Shown here piece after piece: positions 58,588-64,000 of a stretch of DNA of 64,000 nucleotides (the stretch's first letter is position 1; every line of letters begins with the position of its first letter). The notes under the pieces were generated by a model. The model was not told the DNA's origin, searched no databases, and saw only the letters and a program-made list of their open reading frames with translations. The position numbers and the translations under genes were made by a program. Origin of the DNA: Octopus vulgaris (lineage: Eukaryota); assembly GCA_951406725.2 (NCBI GenBank), contig OX597830.1, forward strand, positions 36,208,001 to 36,272,000, written 5' to 3'.

Positions 58588-59174
58588 AAGAAACAGTAAC
58601 GGCAAGAGGTACGTTTGCATTGATATATAAGTTTTTTCTACATACTTATACAGCTAATATGCATTAGAGATTATACGTCTGTTTAGATGTTTCACAAACA
58701 ACTTGTGTATGCAAGTGCTACCAGTCGAAAGCTCCGCATATCGGAAGCCAGCATGTGTATGGGGTCATCAGGAGAGAATGCGCGCCGTTTCGGAGCCAAC
58801 ATTTCGACGGCATCATTGCGCACCCACACCTCACCGAAATGAGACCCTGCTTGCTAGATCAACTGGTTATAAGATATAGCTCAATATTCTTCTAACCATC
58901 GTTCATCATCTCTTTTTAACCGAATCCAGTGACTACCAAATGCGTGTCCATGTGCGTGAATGAGAGGAAGGGAGACTGTGTGCCTGCGTGTATGTTCGTG
59001 TGTGTGTGTGTGTGTGTGCATGTGTTTGTGCGTATGTGTGTGTGAGTGCGTATGTGTTTCGATGCGTATAGCTTATAGTGTATATACCTATATTGTATTG
59101 GTCAGCAAATTGTTTTATTTATCTGAGTTGTTTTTCTAATAGAAAAGGAAGAAATAATTCATTTTTCATACTGC

Positions 59175-59224
<50 letters not shown>

Positions 59225-59314
59225 GACAGAGAGAGAGAGAGAGGAGGAGGAGGAGAGAAGGTAGATACATACATTCAGAAATAATACACACTCATACACA
59301 AACACATATATGTA

Positions 59315-59354
<40 letters not shown>

Positions 59355-59367
59355 CATTTATATATAT

Positions 59368-59418
<51 letters not shown>

Positions 59419-59469
59419 TTAATTAGGAAAGCGAAGCTGAGAGAAACTGAGACCAACAGTCAGATTTTC

Positions 59470-59552
<83 letters not shown>

Positions 59553-60214
59553 GATGAAAAAGATCCAAACAAAATGACATTCCATTTTATCAAGCTAGCA
59601 CATCAAACGCTTTCAAATGAACACAGCAACGCCATGTATATTATCAGGGGAATTTCATATTTGACAGTTCATGTGAGAACAGAGGATGACGGGAAATTTT
59701 CGCCCAGAGGTCATAGTCAAGTTAGCGAGAATTCCAATTAAACTACAGCGAGCTGAACTAGTATAGATGTTATAATTAAGATAACAAGGGGAGATAAGCA
59801 CTAACAGAAAATCCCATCTGATCTGCGCGTGCGCTATAGCACAAGCTTAACTTTAGGCCAGCGTGAGGCTCTAATCATGTTAAGAGAAGAAAGAAATTCC
59901 GCAGCACAAGTTCAGTTAAAGGAAAATAAGAATAAAAAAAATGTAACTGTTGTGATATTCGCTGAGAAAACAAACGCGTATAATCTGGTTATATCCATTC
60001 GTCCATACATCGCTCCATACATACCTACATACATACATACGTACCTACATATATGTGTGCGTATGTCCATATATATATATATATATATACCACACATACA
60101 TACATGTCTATATATATATATATATATGTATATATATACCACACAAATACATACCTACATGTCTATATATATATTCCTTCCTTATCTCCTTTGTACCTTT
60201 CCTGCTGTCCCTTC

Positions 60215-60256
<42 letters not shown>

Positions 60257-61021
60257 CTCTGTTTCCTTCCCTCTGCCCCTACATCTCTCTTTTCTTCCCA
60301 CGTGACCGGTGTTCTGCTAAGCATGATCTTTCTTTCTTGGCCTGACCACCGCCCATACATTATCTTATTTTCCTCAAGGCTTTCACTCTACTCGCCAGCT
60401 CAACTTGATTCGTACTTATTAGTCGAAAGACACCTGTTGTTATTCTCTTGTTGTTTGTATTTGTAAACGTGTAACATCTCCATTTTTACGTTTTCTTTTT
60501 TTTTTTTGTCTCTGTTGTCGTACACATTCCCTTGTTTTCTTCCAAAAGTTCAATGCTCTTAGCTTAGACTTTTGGGGCCAACCGATTTTGAACAGTCTCA
60601 ACTGTAACAAGCCGAAACTGTAATGATAACTGGAAACTTGACTGATGAATAGAAGGCCATGAATTATCAATCCTTGTTTTTCCCTGTCCGTCTTTGTATT
60701 GGCTATCTGTCCGTATGTTTTTATTGTCGTCCGTTACGTTCTTATTCCATTTTGGCGATTTATATATATATGTGTGTAAACAAATATATGTATATATATG
60801 TAAATGCATGTATATGAATATATGTATATGAATATATATATACATATACACATATATATACATATGTACATACATATAAACACACAGTAACTCGTATCTA
60901 CTTTGTACACTGAATGATATTTATTTCTCACTGGATGGGGTACATTTTTTGCTTAACATTTCTTCCTTAAGGGAACAGTAAACTCTGTGTGAGTGTCTGT
61001 GTGCGTCTGTGTGTGTTTAAA

Positions 61022-61615
61022 TTATGGAGAAATTAGTCATAATTTTAGACCGATAGAATAAGTACTGGGCTTACAAAGAATAAGTCCCGGGGTCGATTTG
61101 CTCGACTAAAGGTGGTGCTCCAGCATGACCGCAGTCAAATGACTGAAACAAGTAAAAGAGTAAAAGAGAGTATAATTAAAGGAATTATGTTTGTTAGTGT
61201 TGTTACTGCTTCTGTTGTTCTCCGTCATAATCTTCTCCGTTCGTAGATGTATCACTTTCCCCCTGTCTTTTCCTTGCATGAATTTCTCATGCAAAAGTCT
61301 CTTGCTATTAAATTTCTCATGTTTTTGTTTGGAAACAAATATATGTATATATATATTTGTGTGGAAACAAATATATGTATATATATGTAAATGTATATAT
61401 ATGAATATATATATATATACACATATATATATGTTACAAACATAATTCCTTTATTTATACTCTCTTTTACTCTTTTACTCTTTTACTTGTTTCAGTCATT
61501 TGACTGCGGCCATGCTGGAGCACCATATTTAGTCGAGCAAATCGACCACGGGACTTATTCTTTGTAAGCCCAGTCCTTATTCTATCGGTCTAAAATTATG
61601 ACTAATTTTCCATAA
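61022..61615. repeat. inverted repeat with ~175-bp arms (61022-61194 and 61436-61615), each containing a SINE A 3' fragment plus unique flanks
   Basis: Arms are reverse complements including the non-SINE sequence on both sides of the fragment. Confidence 0.9.
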
Positions 61616-62108
61616 ATTTTTGTTTGTTATAGCTTTATCGGAGTCCGATCAACGTTAAGCGATTCCTTCTGATTTGCAGCGCTAGCAAAACTAACCGTAT
61701 TACATCCACAACTAAGACGTGTTTTTTTTTTTTTACAATTATTTTCCTCAAAGTGACTGTCTTCTGGTGCAATTATTACTATTTTACTGTTCAACTTATT
61801 GTTTGATAATTTATTGCAGGACTGCTGGTTGTCACCTTCTTCTCTCATCACTTCAGGGAAGACCGTCCTTCCAAAAGTTTTCATTTTAACATTGTCTGAT
61901 TAGAAACATGATCCTCACAAAATATAAATAATCTTCCGTTTAAAATGGAACAAAGAGAGGTTTTGTCCCTTCTCTTAACAAGTAAGCAATAGCAACTAAA
62001 CAAAACACACAACAAAAACAAAACAGAAAAACAATTCGGAAAGGGGCCTGGCAATTTTACAAACAATCTCCCGCGCTAGTTAACCCACGTTTTTCACTGG
62101 TAACTCCA

Positions 62109-62109
<1 letters not shown>

Positions 62110-62170
<61 letters not shown>

Positions 62171-62209
62171 CAACAACAACAACAGCAATAATAGTGATGA
62201 TGATGATGG

Positions 62210-62287
<78 letters not shown>

Positions 62288-62560
62288 AGGAGGAGGGAGA
62301 TAAGGATGAAAATGTCAGCAGTGCTGGTAGTGGTGGTGCTGGTGGTGCTGCTGCTGCTGCTGGTTGTTGTTGTTGGTAGTGGTGATGGTCGTCGTCGTGA
62401 TCGTGGTCGTCCTGGTCGTGGTTCAGGTGGTGGACGTGGATTTGAGGGAGGTAGCAGTCGTGGCGGTGTGAGGGAGAGAGGGTTGGTAACTGGTGGTGAT
62501 GGTGATTGTGGTGGTGGTGGTGGTGGTGGTGGTGGTGGTGGTGGTGGTGGTGGTGGTGAT
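62110..62560. repeat. (AAT)n(AAC)n(GAT)n(GGT)n compound tract
   Basis: Direct inspection. Confidence 0.9.
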
Positions 62561-62986
62561 GGTAGTAGCGACGGTAGAGATGACGGTCAATACGACAACA
62601 GCGTTGACGGTGGCAGTGATGAAAACACGAGTATGGCGGCGACGGCGACAATAATGAAGATCAGTAACAGCAAAGAAAACCGGAAAAACCAGAACAAGAA
62701 GAACAAAACAAGAAATAAATAAAAGAAAAAAAGAAAACACCGAAAACTTTCATAATTTCAGAAGAGGAACTTATAAAGAATATTGTAAAGGATTTAATAG
62801 TATTTTTTCGGTTCTCTTTTGATAAGAACAACAACATTGCAATATGTACAACATAATTGGCAATTTTTCATGACTGATGGTTACCATGCATACGGTACTT
62901 ATGCAGAATATATATATATATATGTGTATGTGTGTGTGTGTGTGTAGCGTGTATCTATAGTGCATATGTATGTATATACATATACT

Positions 62987-63052
<66 letters not shown>

Positions 63053-63099
63053 TATATATATATATGTATATATATACACCTATATATACACACACACAC

Positions 63100-63134
<35 letters not shown>

Positions 63135-63490
63135 TGTGAGTGTGTGTGCCTATGATTATATACATATATAGTCACGGCTATATACATGTAATCCTAAAAC
63201 TCTTACATTGCATGTTTAATACCATTTATGTATATCCAGGTGTGTGTGTGTGTGTGTATGCGTGTGTTTGTATGTATCTATGTATGTATATCGTAAATTA
63301 CGATATTTTGAATGTTTAAAATGATCCCTATGTATATACATATATGTATATACATATATGTATATATATATATGCACATACGTACACACACATACATGCA
63401 CAAATACACACACATATATATATATATGTGTGTGTGTGTATATACAAGTCAATATATATGCCTATATATGAATACATATATACACACACG

Positions 63491-63574
<84 letters not shown>

Positions 63575-63782
63575 TATATATATATACACACATATTTAAA
63601 CATACATACATATGAAAAACTATAGCCAATGATAGAAAACTAGAGATATTTTTTCCTTATTACCAACAAGGCATTTAATTCGAACCGCTTCATACATAAT
63701 TGTTACGTATTAACCAGAACCCACAGTCTGAGACTCTAACATTAGATGAAGTAACGTAATAATAAATATTAAAGTAAAAATG

Positions 63783-63981
<199 letters not shown>

Positions 63982-64000
63982 TCGCACCAACGTTGTATTA

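Noticed and set aside
51619-60665. Other CTGATGA occurrences (e.g. 51619, 60642) as hammerheads
   Set aside because: No stem II plus GAAA plus stem I arrangement follows them.

Overview
AT-rich, microsatellite-saturated animal non-coding DNA. The SINE repertoire and simple-repeat density suggest an octopus/coleoid cephalopod genome (my inference, not verified). I cannot support any intact protein-coding gene; almost all listed ORFs are translations of simple repeats. The window holds many copies of several tRNA-derived SINE families (my working labels A-E), a Dong/R4 LINE 3' fragment in (AAT)n, a CR1 LINE 3' fragment, mariner- and pogo-derived MITEs, a Helentron-type HINE and several local inverted or tandem duplications. 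The main finding is family C, present in 4 copies: tRNA-like Pol III head, then (AAT)n, then a minimal Penelope-type type I hammerhead ribozyme. Compensatory base changes between copies preserve the ribozyme stems, and two insertions carry an inverted 3'-tail segment at the 5' end inside a target-site duplication (TSD). This fits a ribozyme-bearing SINE mobilised by Penelope-like retroelements. Coordinates were read by eye; boundaries of diverged repeats are approximate.
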